DNA of 64,000 nucleotides from assembly GCA_964583685.1 (NCBI GenBank), contig CAZOVJ010000002.1, positions 213,862-277,861 of the forward strand, given 5' to 3'. Below the pieces are notes generated by a model. The model saw nothing but the letters and a program-made list of their open reading frames with translations, had not been told where the DNA came from and searched no databases. Of the stretch, positions 47,438 through 56,096 are shown piece after piece; position 1 is the first letter of the stretch, and every line of letters begins with the position of its first letter. The position numbers and the translations under genes are program-made. Source of the DNA: an uncultured Gammaproteobacteria bacterium (GTDB lineage Bacteria > Patescibacteriota > Microgenomatia > UBA8517).

Positions 47438-48109
47438 ATGAGTACTACAATAGATTGTCTTAGAACCAGGAGGAGTATCAGGGTTTATAAACCAGACCCA
47501 ATCCCCAAAGAGATTTTAAAGAAAATCTTCGAGGCGGCAGAACATGCACCTTCTTCTAAAAATACCAGACCTTGGGAATACTATGTTTTAACCGGGAAAG
47601 AAAAAGACCATATTTGCGATATAGTTGTTGAAGAATATCCCAAGAGAAAAGGCCCTTTCAGGAAGCGAGAAGAGTATGCACCCGCTAAATCCGTTAGCGA
47701 TGATAGAAATATTGATGATTTTCGGACTGCCAGAATAATGACGAATATCGGCAGTACAGTCTTTATTCGTCAGGCTCCAGCTCTGGTTTTAGTATTCAAT
47801 AAGGCTCCATACACTGCCGGAGAGCAAGATGTCATCGATGAAGCAGGAAAAGAGGCGCTTTTGGCCTATTGCGTTGAAATTCAAGGCGTGGCGGCTTTTA
47901 TTTATAGCCTTTTATTGGCCGCTCACGAACTTGGCTTGGGTGGTTGCTGGATTGCCGATATCAATTTCTGTCGGGACAAAATCAAAAAATACATTGGCAC
48001 AGACAACGATTTGGTTGCAGGCGTGGTTTTGGGCTATCCTGAAACTAAGGTTCCCCCTAAGAAAATTTCTTTGGATGAGCGAAAATTAGCTTCCTGGAAG
48101 AAGAAATAG
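47438..48109 (+). CDS. Nitroreductase family protein
   Basis: RRSIRVY, APSSKNTRPW, LLAAHELGLGGCWI, LGYP. Confidence 0.92.
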   Translation: MSTTIDCLRTRRSIRVYKPDPIPKEILKKIFEAAEHAPSSKNTRPWEYYVLTGKEKDHICDIVVEEYPKRKGPFRKREEYAPAKSVSDDRNIDDFRTARIMTNIGSTVFIRQAPALVLVFNKAPYTAGEQDVIDEAGKEALLAYCVEIQGVAAFIYSLLLAAHELGLGGCWIADINFCRDKIKKYIGTDNDLVAGVVLGYPETKVPPKKISLDERKLASWKKK

Positions 48110-48147
48110 TTTCTGACCTTGCCCATCAGGTGGAGCTAGCTTCAGAA
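48103..48147. repeat. att-like site S5
   Basis: GAAATAGTTTCTG...GGAGCTAGCTTCAGAA shared with S3; minus strand LHLMGKVRNYF. Confidence 0.75.
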
Positions 48148-48193
48148 GCCCAGTTTCCTGGGCTTTTTTGGTTTGTGGTAGAATATTGCCAGC

Positions 48194-49291
48194 ATGCTTT
48201 CAGATATTTCTCCTCTTATTAGCAAGGTAAGCGAGGGGCAGAACCTAACAGCAGCGGAGACAGAAAGGGCTCTTGATACTGTTATTGAAGAAGACAAAGA
48301 GGGATGGTTTGCTTGGTCACTTCTTCTTGCACTCCATACCAAAGGGGAAACAGGAGATGAGTTCCTAGGATTTTGCAAGAGCTATGTAAAACGCCTTCCT
48401 AAACTTAACCCAAAAATTGACATTGATAACACCACTGACACTTCTGGGACCGGAGGAGATAAGTTAAAGACCTTCAATATTAGCACGACGGCCTCTGTGG
48501 TGCTTGCTGGAGCAGGTGTCACAGTAGCCAAACAAGCGTTTTTTGCTGTCACGGGATTCTCTGGGAGTGCTGAGATATTCGGGGCATTTGGAGTGGATGT
48601 CTTAAAAATAAGACTTCAACAAGTGGAAAAGACTCTGGAGACGATTGGGATTTGTCCATATCTTAAAGAAGTTTTAGTTGAGAAAACTGGTCTTGAGAAT
48701 CTGATGGTCACAAAAAAAGTCTCGGATATGGGGCTAAAGCTAGTTTCTCCTCTCCATATTGTTGCCAATGTAGTCGCACCAATTAAAATGAAAAGGAGAG
48801 TTTACGGTTGCACTTGGAGAAAATATTTGCCTGTTTTAGCTGAGCTTTTTCAAAAGCTGGGATACACAAAGGGAATGGTCGTTCATGGCGTGGACGGAAT
48901 CGATGAGATGTCAAATATTGGCAAGACAGAGATTGTAGAGTATACAGCAAAAAGGACAAAGGCCTACAAACTTAGCCCAGCTGACTTAGGAATTAGAAAA
49001 GCAAAATTTGAGGATATTAAAGCCATTAGCAAAGAGCGAAATGTGATTGACTTCTTACGAATCCTTTACGGGAAAGAGAAAAGTCCCAGAAGAGATATTG
49101 TTCTTGCCAACACCGCTGCTTCTTTATATGTTATGGGTAAGGTTAAAAACTTGAGTGAGGGGGTGGCGATGGCAGGAGAAGTTATAGACGAGGGGTTAGC
49201 CTTTAAGAAATTAGAACAACTAGTAAAAGCTTTAGGAGATGAAAAGCAGCTTGAGAATTGGAAGAAGAAAGCTGGTTTAGCTTCAAACTAG
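48194..49291 (+). CDS. trpD: Anthranilate phosphoribosyltransferase-like protein (divergent TrpD, GT family 3)
   Basis: DTSGTGGD, TFNIST, VHGVDGIDE, DIVLANTAA. Confidence 0.8.
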   Translation: MLSDISPLISKVSEGQNLTAAETERALDTVIEEDKEGWFAWSLLLALHTKGETGDEFLGFCKSYVKRLPKLNPKIDIDNTTDTSGTGGDKLKTFNISTTASVVLAGAGVTVAKQAFFAVTGFSGSAEIFGAFGVDVLKIRLQQVEKTLETIGICPYLKEVLVEKTGLENLMVTKKVSDMGLKLVSPLHIVANVVAPIKMKRRVYGCTWRKYLPVLAELFQKLGYTKGMVVHGVDGIDEMSNIGKTEIVEYTAKRTKAYKLSPADLGIRKAKFEDIKAISKERNVIDFLRILYGKEKSPRRDIVLANTAASLYVMGKVKNLSEGVAMAGEVIDEGLAFKKLEQLVKALGDEKQLENWKKKAGLASN

Positions 49292-49472
49292 TCCGAACTT
49301 CCTCAGCACCATTCACTTCGTTCAGGTACGGGGCAGGCGTCCACGATAAGACCTCGTGCTTTATGCAGGAAGAAAACTGTGTTGATATTCTGGGTGAAGA
49401 ATTAAATATGGGCATGGTACTTCTGTATAGTGCTTAATGAAATAGTTTCTGTATTTATATATATTAGGGAGC
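49285..49472. repeat. att-like sites S6 (with 37-bp insert) and S7 plus ~130-bp repeat copy 2
   Basis: AAACTAGTCCGAACTT[insert]CGTCCACGAT; GAAATAGTTTCTGTATTTATATATATTAGGGAGC identical to S3. Confidence 0.8.
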
Positions 49473-49990
49473 CCTGAATAAAAAGAGCCTATGTATGACT
49501 CTTTTTTATTTACTTTGCCTGTTTCCCTCCCTGTATCCAAAAATCTCAACCGATCCAAAGTCATCCGGGTTTCAAGAGGAAGATATTCTTACAAGAAATA
49601 ATCTCCAGGCTTGACGTCTTTAATATTTTTGTTATAATACCTCTAATTTAATAATCAGGGAGGGATGGACAATTGCTGCCCATCCTTTTTGATTATTAAA
49701 GACCAATTTTTTCAAGTAAAGTGGAAGGCTTTTAACGGCAAAGCGCCAAATAAGGCCTGACACAATGCTTTTAAAATATTCAGTTTTAGTCCCGAATCGT
49801 CGGGAGCACCTTAACAAGTAAATAATGGATAAGAAATAGCGCCGTTGTCCCTCTGTGATAAAAACCCTGAGTTCTATTAGTGAAGGAGTTATCAGCCAGT
49901 CACCTGTGTCCTGAGAGAAATCAAAGGACTCCTGAGGTGACCCAGTTGTGTGTCAATTTGACACCGACAAAAAAGATAAGGAGAGAGAAA

Positions 49991-50335
49991 ATGAACTGGG
50001 TTATTAACATCATCTTTTGCCTGATCACAGCGGTAAACTTCACTTTATATGCCTTGGCATTCCGTAAGGTTGGTCCAGCCGAAATATCATTTAACTATGT
50101 TTTTTCGGTTTTGACTAATCCTTTCTTTGTCTTGGCCCTGGTGATGGCACTGCTCGGCTCAATCCTCCGGATGGCAGTATTTACTGCCTTTGGGGTAATG
50201 CGCTCAGCTGTCGTTTCTGAGATGACAGTGGTCTTTACGCTGGTGTTAGCTTTCTTGGTTTTTCAGGAAAAGCTTGACCTACGCTTCTTCGTAGGAACAG
50301 GCTTCATCCTGATCGGTGTCTACCTCCTCAGCTAA
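49991..50335 (+). CDS. Small EamA/DMT-like transporter (flippase-like)
   Basis: 4 TMs, VFQEKLDLRFFVGTGFILIGV; AGGAGA upstream of ATG 49991. Confidence 0.7.
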   Translation: MNWVINIIFCLITAVNFTLYALAFRKVGPAEISFNYVFSVLTNPFFVLALVMALLGSILRMAVFTAFGVMRSAVVSEMTVVFTLVLAFLVFQEKLDLRFFVGTGFILIGVYLLS

Positions 50336-50385
50336 ACCAGGTTTTCTCCGCAGAGTCAAACGCAAATCTACTGAAAGGAGAGAGT

Positions 50386-51549
50386 GTGATGAAAATCCTG
50401 TTGGTATCCAACTTCATTCCTGGTGGGAGGCCTGTCAGCGAATATTGTTACTACTTGGTTGAGGCACTCAGAAAAATTGACGAGATAGCAGAAATCACGG
50501 TGTTAGCGGATATTGTTCAAGGAAAGCCTCCAATTACGAGAGATGGAAAAGTTACTATCCGGAGGTGCTGGGAGTTTAATTCGCACCTCACGCCGTGGAG
50601 GGTGGCAAAAACCATCAGGTCGCTTAACCCTGAAATCTGCTGGTTCAACATCACTCTTGGTAGCTTTGGTATGACGACAGCCAACTTTGCAGGTCTCTTG
50701 TCGCCACTAATTGTAGAACGGCTGCTCGGCATACCGTGTTTGATCACCCTCCATAACATTGTTGATCTAACTGATACTCGGGAAACGAAGTTTCGTGGAG
50801 GAAAACTAACAATTCTTGGAGCAAGGATTGCAACTAGGATCTTGTGTAAGGCAAGCCTGGTTTCCGTTCTTCTTCCAGAATACGAACCAATCTTAAGGAG
50901 AAGATATGGTGCCATGGATGTCAAGATCGTTCCTCTCGGGACCCTGGGTCAACCCATAAACTGGCCGTATAATTCTGAGACAAAGCGCATCCTCAGTCTC
51001 GGTATATTTGGGACCCACAAGAGGCTCGAAACCACACTTGAAGCGATGGAAAGTCTGTACGCAGGAGATCCTACTATAAAACTGACCATAGTGGGAGGAT
51101 CCAATGTCCATAACCCAGACTATCTCGCAAAACTCCAGCAAAAATTCAGGTCACTTCCGAATGTCGATTTTGTAGGATACGTTCCAGAGGATTGTGTCGC
51201 TGATGTTTTTAGGGAATGCAGGGCTGTGATTTTACCCTACCAAACAATTGGAGGCGAATCGGCTACCCTCATCCAGGCAGGGATGTACGCAAGACCAATC
51301 CTTGTATCCGACCTACCTTTGTTTCGTCGCAAGGCAGAGGATGGGTATATTCTCAACTTCTTCGACGTCAATGATCCTGAAAGTATCAAGGAGGCAATCC
51401 TGGCCCTACTTCGGCAAGACCAAGAAACACTAGCCAGGCAAGGTAAACAAAACTTTCGGGCTGCGACATCCTATCCGATGAGTGAAGTTGCTCAAATCTA
51501 CGTAGACTTGATTGAGGAAATCCTTAACAAGAAAGAAGGAGGTGTGTGA
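50386..51549 (+). CDS. GT-B (family 4) glycosyltransferase
   Basis: HKRLE, FVGYVPE, VILPY...ESATLIQA...PILVSDLP. Confidence 0.88.
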   Translation: MMKILLVSNFIPGGRPVSEYCYYLVEALRKIDEIAEITVLADIVQGKPPITRDGKVTIRRCWEFNSHLTPWRVAKTIRSLNPEICWFNITLGSFGMTTANFAGLLSPLIVERLLGIPCLITLHNIVDLTDTRETKFRGGKLTILGARIATRILCKASLVSVLLPEYEPILRRRYGAMDVKIVPLGTLGQPINWPYNSETKRILSLGIFGTHKRLETTLEAMESLYAGDPTIKLTIVGGSNVHNPDYLAKLQQKFRSLPNVDFVGYVPEDCVADVFRECRAVILPYQTIGGESATLIQAGMYARPILVSDLPLFRRKAEDGYILNFFDVNDPESIKEAILALLRQDQETLARQGKQNFRAATSYPMSEVAQIYVDLIEEILNKKEGGV

Positions 51550-53318
51550 TGGACAGGCGGCTTATAATAGCCATTTCCGTAATTACCCTCTTGAACCTCC
51601 CCCTAATGGCTAGCCTCTTTTTCGACAACAACTGGGACAGTGAAACCCACCTCTTCTTTGCGGATCATTACCGTAGAGATTGGTTTGATCCCTGGGAGGA
51701 AAAGTGGTATGGCGGCTTTTGGGTTTATAGCTATCCGCCGTTAACCCATCAGCTAATCGCTATCTTTTCCCTTCCCTTCGGGTTAGAGGTGGGATACAAA
51801 TTGGTTCAAGGCCTTTCTCTCTCAGCTTTCCCTTTAGCTGTGTGGTTACTTGCCAAGGAGGTGGTAGGTAAGAAGTATGCAGGATGGGCTGCCTTACTCA
51901 GTACGGGGGTGGCGGGCGTCTATGTCATTCTTTACACGTTCGGACAGCTTCCCGCCTTCTTGGCCCTGGTGTTTGTCTTGATAGCAGGAACTTTTCTCGC
52001 CCGTTATCTAAAATCGGGTGGGTTAATTCCGCTATTCGGGTGGTTCTTCTTTACAGGAACGACTGCTGCAACACACCATCACACTGCTTTTGTAATGCTG
52101 CCAATGCTGGCAAGTGTTTTAGCTCTTCAAAACTGGATTACCAAGCCATTCAGCTTTTCAAGATTCCTGTTTCGGCCAGCAATAGCTGCACTGCTGTTCG
52201 TCTTCGTGGTAGCAGTAGCCATCGCCCCATTCTGGTGGTGGTTCTCCACCCAAAGCCTACCCCAAGCCGAGATACCCCATCCCACTCGGGAAAATATCTT
52301 CAGAGTCTGCCGTGAGTCACGGATGTTCTTCTGGGATATGTATGGAGGCATCCTGGTTTTACTGCCTGTTGGATTCTGGGTTACAGTTCGTCGGCGAGAC
52401 CTATGGCCACTAGGAATCTTCATTGTTTTCTTGGGAATACTAGGGCTAGGGGGACTCACCATCGTACCAGAGGTGGTTTTCCAGAGATGGTGGAGGGTGT
52501 TCACCTATGAACGGTTTCCCTTGTGGGCTGCTGTTCTCAGCCTGATACCAATCAGTGTTTGGGTAGGAAACTTGGAAAGGCGCGGCATTTGGCGATACAC
52601 CACAATCTCTCTCTCATTACTTCTAGCAATAGGGACAATGAGGGCAATCTCATTCCCATTAGATAATGATGACCTCTTACCAAAACCGCTAAAGAGGTGG
52701 GAGGAGACAGAGATAGTCAAATTCCTAGAGGTTGATGGTCATTCCCAATGGAACTACGTCACTTTTGGACTAGGAGAATCGCAACTTGCTCGACTTTCCA
52801 GACTTACTTCTGCTCGAACCATAGATGGTTTCTTCCACCAGGCCCGCTGGAGAGTAGAACAGAGAGAATCTGGTGTTGGAACGATCGACAGCTCTCCTTG
52901 GGCGGGGGAGGAAAGCTATAGCCTTCTTTTCCCAATTCTCCAACGTCCCTGGGAGTGGAGTCTCAGGTGGGCTATAGTCGCTAATTCATGGGCAGAGGAG
53001 CACTTACGAAATTCCGGCTGGTCACTCCTTCGCCCTGCTGATTGGTCACTCCTTCACCCTATTGGCTCCGACGATTCATATAAACTAGGAGACCCGGCTT
53101 ACAGTCTAGTCACGGTCTGGGAAGCACCAAATGAAGTACCTATCCCGGAGGTTGAACCAGGCCAACAAGTAGGTCCGCCCTACTACCCACAAAGTAGTCC
53201 TGTCAAGCAATTCGTCAAACAATTCCTGCCTTACTTGTGGGGTTTGGTACCTCTGTTTCTTCTAGTCGGAGGACTTTGGGTAATGTACTGGGAAGTGTGG
53301 AATCAAAAAACTGAATAG
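51546..53318 (+). CDS. GT-C-like polytopic membrane protein (PTPS-related family)
   Basis: WDSETHLFFADHY...WYGGFWVYSYPPLTH; many TMs. Confidence 0.7.
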   Translation: MMDRRLIIAISVITLLNLPLMASLFFDNNWDSETHLFFADHYRRDWFDPWEEKWYGGFWVYSYPPLTHQLIAIFSLPFGLEVGYKLVQGLSLSAFPLAVWLLAKEVVGKKYAGWAALLSTGVAGVYVILYTFGQLPAFLALVFVLIAGTFLARYLKSGGLIPLFGWFFFTGTTAATHHHTAFVMLPMLASVLALQNWITKPFSFSRFLFRPAIAALLFVFVVAVAIAPFWWWFSTQSLPQAEIPHPTRENIFRVCRESRMFFWDMYGGILVLLPVGFWVTVRRRDLWPLGIFIVFLGILGLGGLTIVPEVVFQRWWRVFTYERFPLWAAVLSLIPISVWVGNLERRGIWRYTTISLSLLLAIGTMRAISFPLDNDDLLPKPLKRWEETEIVKFLEVDGHSQWNYVTFGLGESQLARLSRLTSARTIDGFFHQARWRVEQRESGVGTIDSSPWAGEESYSLLFPILQRPWEWSLRWAIVANSWAEEHLRNSGWSLLRPADWSLLHPIGSDDSYKLGDPAYSLVTVWEAPNEVPIPEVEPGQQVGPPYYPQSSPVKQFVKQFLPYLWGLVPLFLLVGGLWVMYWEVWNQKTE

Positions 53319-53404
53319 TGAGAAATAAAGATCACGATTCGCCGTAGGCGAAATTTGCTGTTCTCACCAGCAAGTACCGAAAGGTTAAAGTGATCTTGTT
53401 CCGT

Positions 53405-53438
53405 CAAAAAACCCACCCTAAAGGTGGGTTTTTTGTTT
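53405..53438. terminator. Bidirectional intrinsic terminator
   Basis: CAAAAAACCCACC-CTAAA-GGTGGGTTTTTTG. Confidence 0.8.
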
Positions 53439-53687
53439 CAGACTATTGATATTTTTTAGTGTCCTCAACAACCAGGATGTGGTAGGAGATAGTACGTTTA
53501 TTTTACAAGCCCGCCGCAAATGCAAGTCCTTGCACGCTTCAGAAAGCCCAACTGCTCCAATCCCACATCGGAATTGGTTGACATTTTGTATAAGCGAGAA
53601 ATCAGAGGTGACAAACCAAAACCAGGACACGAGCAGGATATTGCCAATCTAAGATTGATTACTCATGCTAGAGAAGTTGAAGCTAGG

Positions 53688-53776
53688 CTTGCAGAATAAG
53701 TCCTTTAGGGGGAGCCATCTTTCGCCAGGGCTTCAGAGTGGCAAGCCACGCATTTTTTGGCCTCAAATTTTATTAC
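53688..53776. repeat. att-like site S9 with right arm homologous to S1
   Basis: GGGGAGC 53709-53715 (minus strand LPLKDLFCK); TTTTTTGGCCTCAAATTTTATTAC vs TTTTTTGGCCTCAGATTTTACTAC after S1. Confidence 0.7.
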
Positions 53777-53813
53777 TCCAAATAAGATGATAGAACCTGA
53801 TATAATTTTCTCA

Positions 53814-54227
53814 ATGAAAATAGGTGTTGTTGGTAGCATGCAGTACACAGAAGAAATGATGGGATTCCGTGATGAGTTGGCTAAATTGGGCCATGATGCC
53901 TTTTTAACAAACTTGGCCACGCCTTTTGTTGGGAAAGGCAATGAGGAAAAAGAAAAAATAAAAATACACCAAAAGCAAAACATGGATGCCATACGAGAAT
54001 TTTGGAATTTAATGCAAGGTGCGGATGCGATTTTAGTTGTGAACCTGGATAAGCATGGAATCAAGAATTACATTGGTGGAAACACTCTCATGGAAATAGG
54101 ATTTGCTCATGTTCTTGATCAGAAGATATTCTTACTCAATCCCATACCAGACATTCCTTATTACAAAACTGAAATCGAAGCCGTAAAGCCTATTATTATC
54201 GACGGAGATTTAAGCAAAATTAAATAG
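53814..54227 (+). CDS. Nucleoside 2-deoxyribosyltransferase-like protein
   Basis: MKIGVVGSM...ADAILVVN...YIGGNTLMEIGFA...KIFLLNPIP; TGATATAAT at 53798. Confidence 0.65.
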   Translation: MKIGVVGSMQYTEEMMGFRDELAKLGHDAFLTNLATPFVGKGNEEKEKIKIHQKQNMDAIREFWNLMQGADAILVVNLDKHGIKNYIGGNTLMEIGFAHVLDQKIFLLNPIPDIPYYKTEIEAVKPIIIDGDLSKIK

Positions 54228-54255
54228 AAAACTAGTCCGAACTTCCCACCAAATT
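54228..54255. repeat. att-like site S10
   Basis: AAACTAGTCCGAACTTC directly after stop; minus strand WWEVRTSF. Confidence 0.7.
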
Positions 54256-54284
54256 AGGTTTTTTTGGTTTGGTAGAATAAAGAT

Positions 54285-54803
54285 GTGAAACTAGCAGAGT
54301 ATAGAAAGACCTTAACTGGGCCCTTGAAGCAAGCAACTTTATGCTTTTTGATTAGAGAAGGTGGAGTGTTGTTGGCAATGAAAAAGCGGGGCTTTGGGAA
54401 AGGAAGATGGAATGGGCTTGGTGGAAAACCTGAGCAAAATGAAACAATAAAGAAAGCTGCAATCAGGGAAACACAGGAAGAGATTGGTGTTACTCCCGTT
54501 TCCCTCCGTAAAGTGGCAAAATTAGATTTTTATACCCCCAACAATCCTGAGTGGAATCAACAAGTCATCGTGTTTTTGGTCGATAAATGGAAAGGAGAGC
54601 CAAAAGAATCCGAAGAAATGGCCCCTCAATGGTTTAAAATGGAAGATATCCCCTTTGATTCTATGTGGGCTTGCGATTCCCACTGGCTACCTAAAGTCTT
54701 AGAGGGGAAGACTCTTACGGCCGAGTTTATGTTTGACGAAAACGACGAGATTTTGGAAATGGCAATCCACGAGGGAGAGCAAAATCTTATTAACCAGACG
54801 TAG
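54285..54803 (+). CDS. NUDIX hydrolase (MutT/MTH1-like 8-oxo-dGTPase)
   Basis: KKRGFGKGRWNGLGGK...AAIRETQEEIG, ESEEMAPQWF, MWACD. Confidence 0.9.
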   Translation: MKLAEYRKTLTGPLKQATLCFLIREGGVLLAMKKRGFGKGRWNGLGGKPEQNETIKKAAIRETQEEIGVTPVSLRKVAKLDFYTPNNPEWNQQVIVFLVDKWKGEPKESEEMAPQWFKMEDIPFDSMWACDSHWLPKVLEGKTLTAEFMFDENDEILEMAIHEGEQNLINQT

Positions 54804-55003
54804 GGGAGCCAAGCTTGGCGAGGGCGTAAAAAGCAATTTTGTCAAGAAAATGCCCTGGGTGCTATAGTTAAAAGCATGAGAAAAGCAAGGAAACTTCATC
54901 CTAAATAACTCCGTCTGAATTGTATTCTCAAACGCCTTAGTAATCTTGGAAATACTAGTTCTAACAATCCCGCTGAGCGGGGCAGGTCTCAGGGCTGGGG
55001 AGC
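54780..55003. repeat. att-like sites S11 and S12
   Basis: GGGGAGC at 54803-54809 (LPYVWLIRF) and 54997-55003 (LPSPE[19-bp insert]IVRTSI). Confidence 0.65.
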
Positions 55004-55186
55004 CAGTTTGTTTTAATAAAAACCCAAATTATAGGGTTCATATGAAAAAATGAAAAAGAAAAATTTATGTTGCTGGTATAATAAAAACTCGGCTATGAAA
55101 AGAGCCTGATGGAACTGTCGATGAGAATTTAAAATGAAAGAAAGACAGGAAGAGTCATCGGAAGGAATAGCGCAGCCTGGTGAAAA

Positions 55187-56095
55187 ATGCCACAAACTGA
55201 ATTGATAAAAGAAATAGAGGAAAGGAAGAGAGAGAGGAATGCGGTTATTCTAGCACACGTCTATCAAATAGATGACATTCAACGGATAGCTGATTTTACT
55301 GGAGATTCTCTAGACTTAAGTAGAAAAGCTATCGATACAGATGCTGAGGTGATTGTTTTTTGTGGAGCACGTTTTATGGCTGAAACAGCTGCGATACTCA
55401 ATCCTTACAAAACAGTTCTTTTACCAGATGAAGATGCGGGTTGTCCTTTAGCAGATATGATTACAGTAGAAGAACTACGAGCTAAAAGAAAAGAATATCC
55501 CAATGCGGCAGTTGTCAGTTATGTGAATTCTTCGGCTGCTGTTAAAGCAGAGAGCGATATTTGCTGCACATCATCTAACGCTGTCAAAGTCGTTGATTCA
55601 TTAGAAGAGGAGCAAGTTATATTTGTTCCGGATAGGAACTTGGGAAGGTATGTTGCTAGTCAAACAGATAAGGATATTGTTTTATGGGATGGATTTTGTT
55701 ATGTGCACAATAACAATATTAGGGTTGAAGATATCGAACGAATGAAACTACATCATCCTGAAGCAAAAGTTATGGTTCATCCTGAATGCCAACCTGAAGT
55801 CATTGACCTGGCAGATTATGTTGGTAGTACTGCACAGATGTTAAAATATGCTTCTGAAACTCCTGCTGAAGAATATATCGTTGGAACAGAAAGGGGTTTG
55901 CTTTATAGATTGCGACAAGAGAACCCCGATAAAAAATCCTATTCACCCTCAGGGGGTATCATTTGTGAAGATATGAAAAAGATAACTTTAGAAAAAGTAG
56001 CAAAATCTTTAGAAAACATGTTATACAAGGTTGAAGTTCCGATGGAGATAAGCAAGAAAGCAAAAAGAGCTCTAGATAGAATGTTGGAGATTTAA
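55187..56095 (+). CDS. nadA: Quinolinate synthase
   Basis: ILAHVYQ, GDSL, FCGARFMAE, GCPLAD, YVNSS, CCTSSNA, HPEC, CEDMK. Confidence 0.95.
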   Translation: MPQTELIKEIEERKRERNAVILAHVYQIDDIQRIADFTGDSLDLSRKAIDTDAEVIVFCGARFMAETAAILNPYKTVLLPDEDAGCPLADMITVEELRAKRKEYPNAAVVSYVNSSAAVKAESDICCTSSNAVKVVDSLEEEQVIFVPDRNLGRYVASQTDKDIVLWDGFCYVHNNNIRVEDIERMKLHHPEAKVMVHPECQPEVIDLADYVGSTAQMLKYASETPAEEYIVGTERGLLYRLRQENPDKKSYSPSGGIICEDMKKITLEKVAKSLENMLYKVEVPMEISKKAKRALDRMLEI

Positions 56096-56096
56096 A

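Noticed and set aside
46435-49472. DGR template/variable repeat pair
   Set aside because: Differences are not adenine-specific and look codon-constrained; no reverse transcriptase in the window
49361-49817. ORFs 49361..49564 and 49632..49817 as independent genes
   Set aside because: Better explained as recombinase-tail arms plus junction sequence; no convincing expression signals
53418-53652. Short ORFs on both strands after the terminator
   Set aside because: No RBS or recognisable motif; probably a decayed remnant
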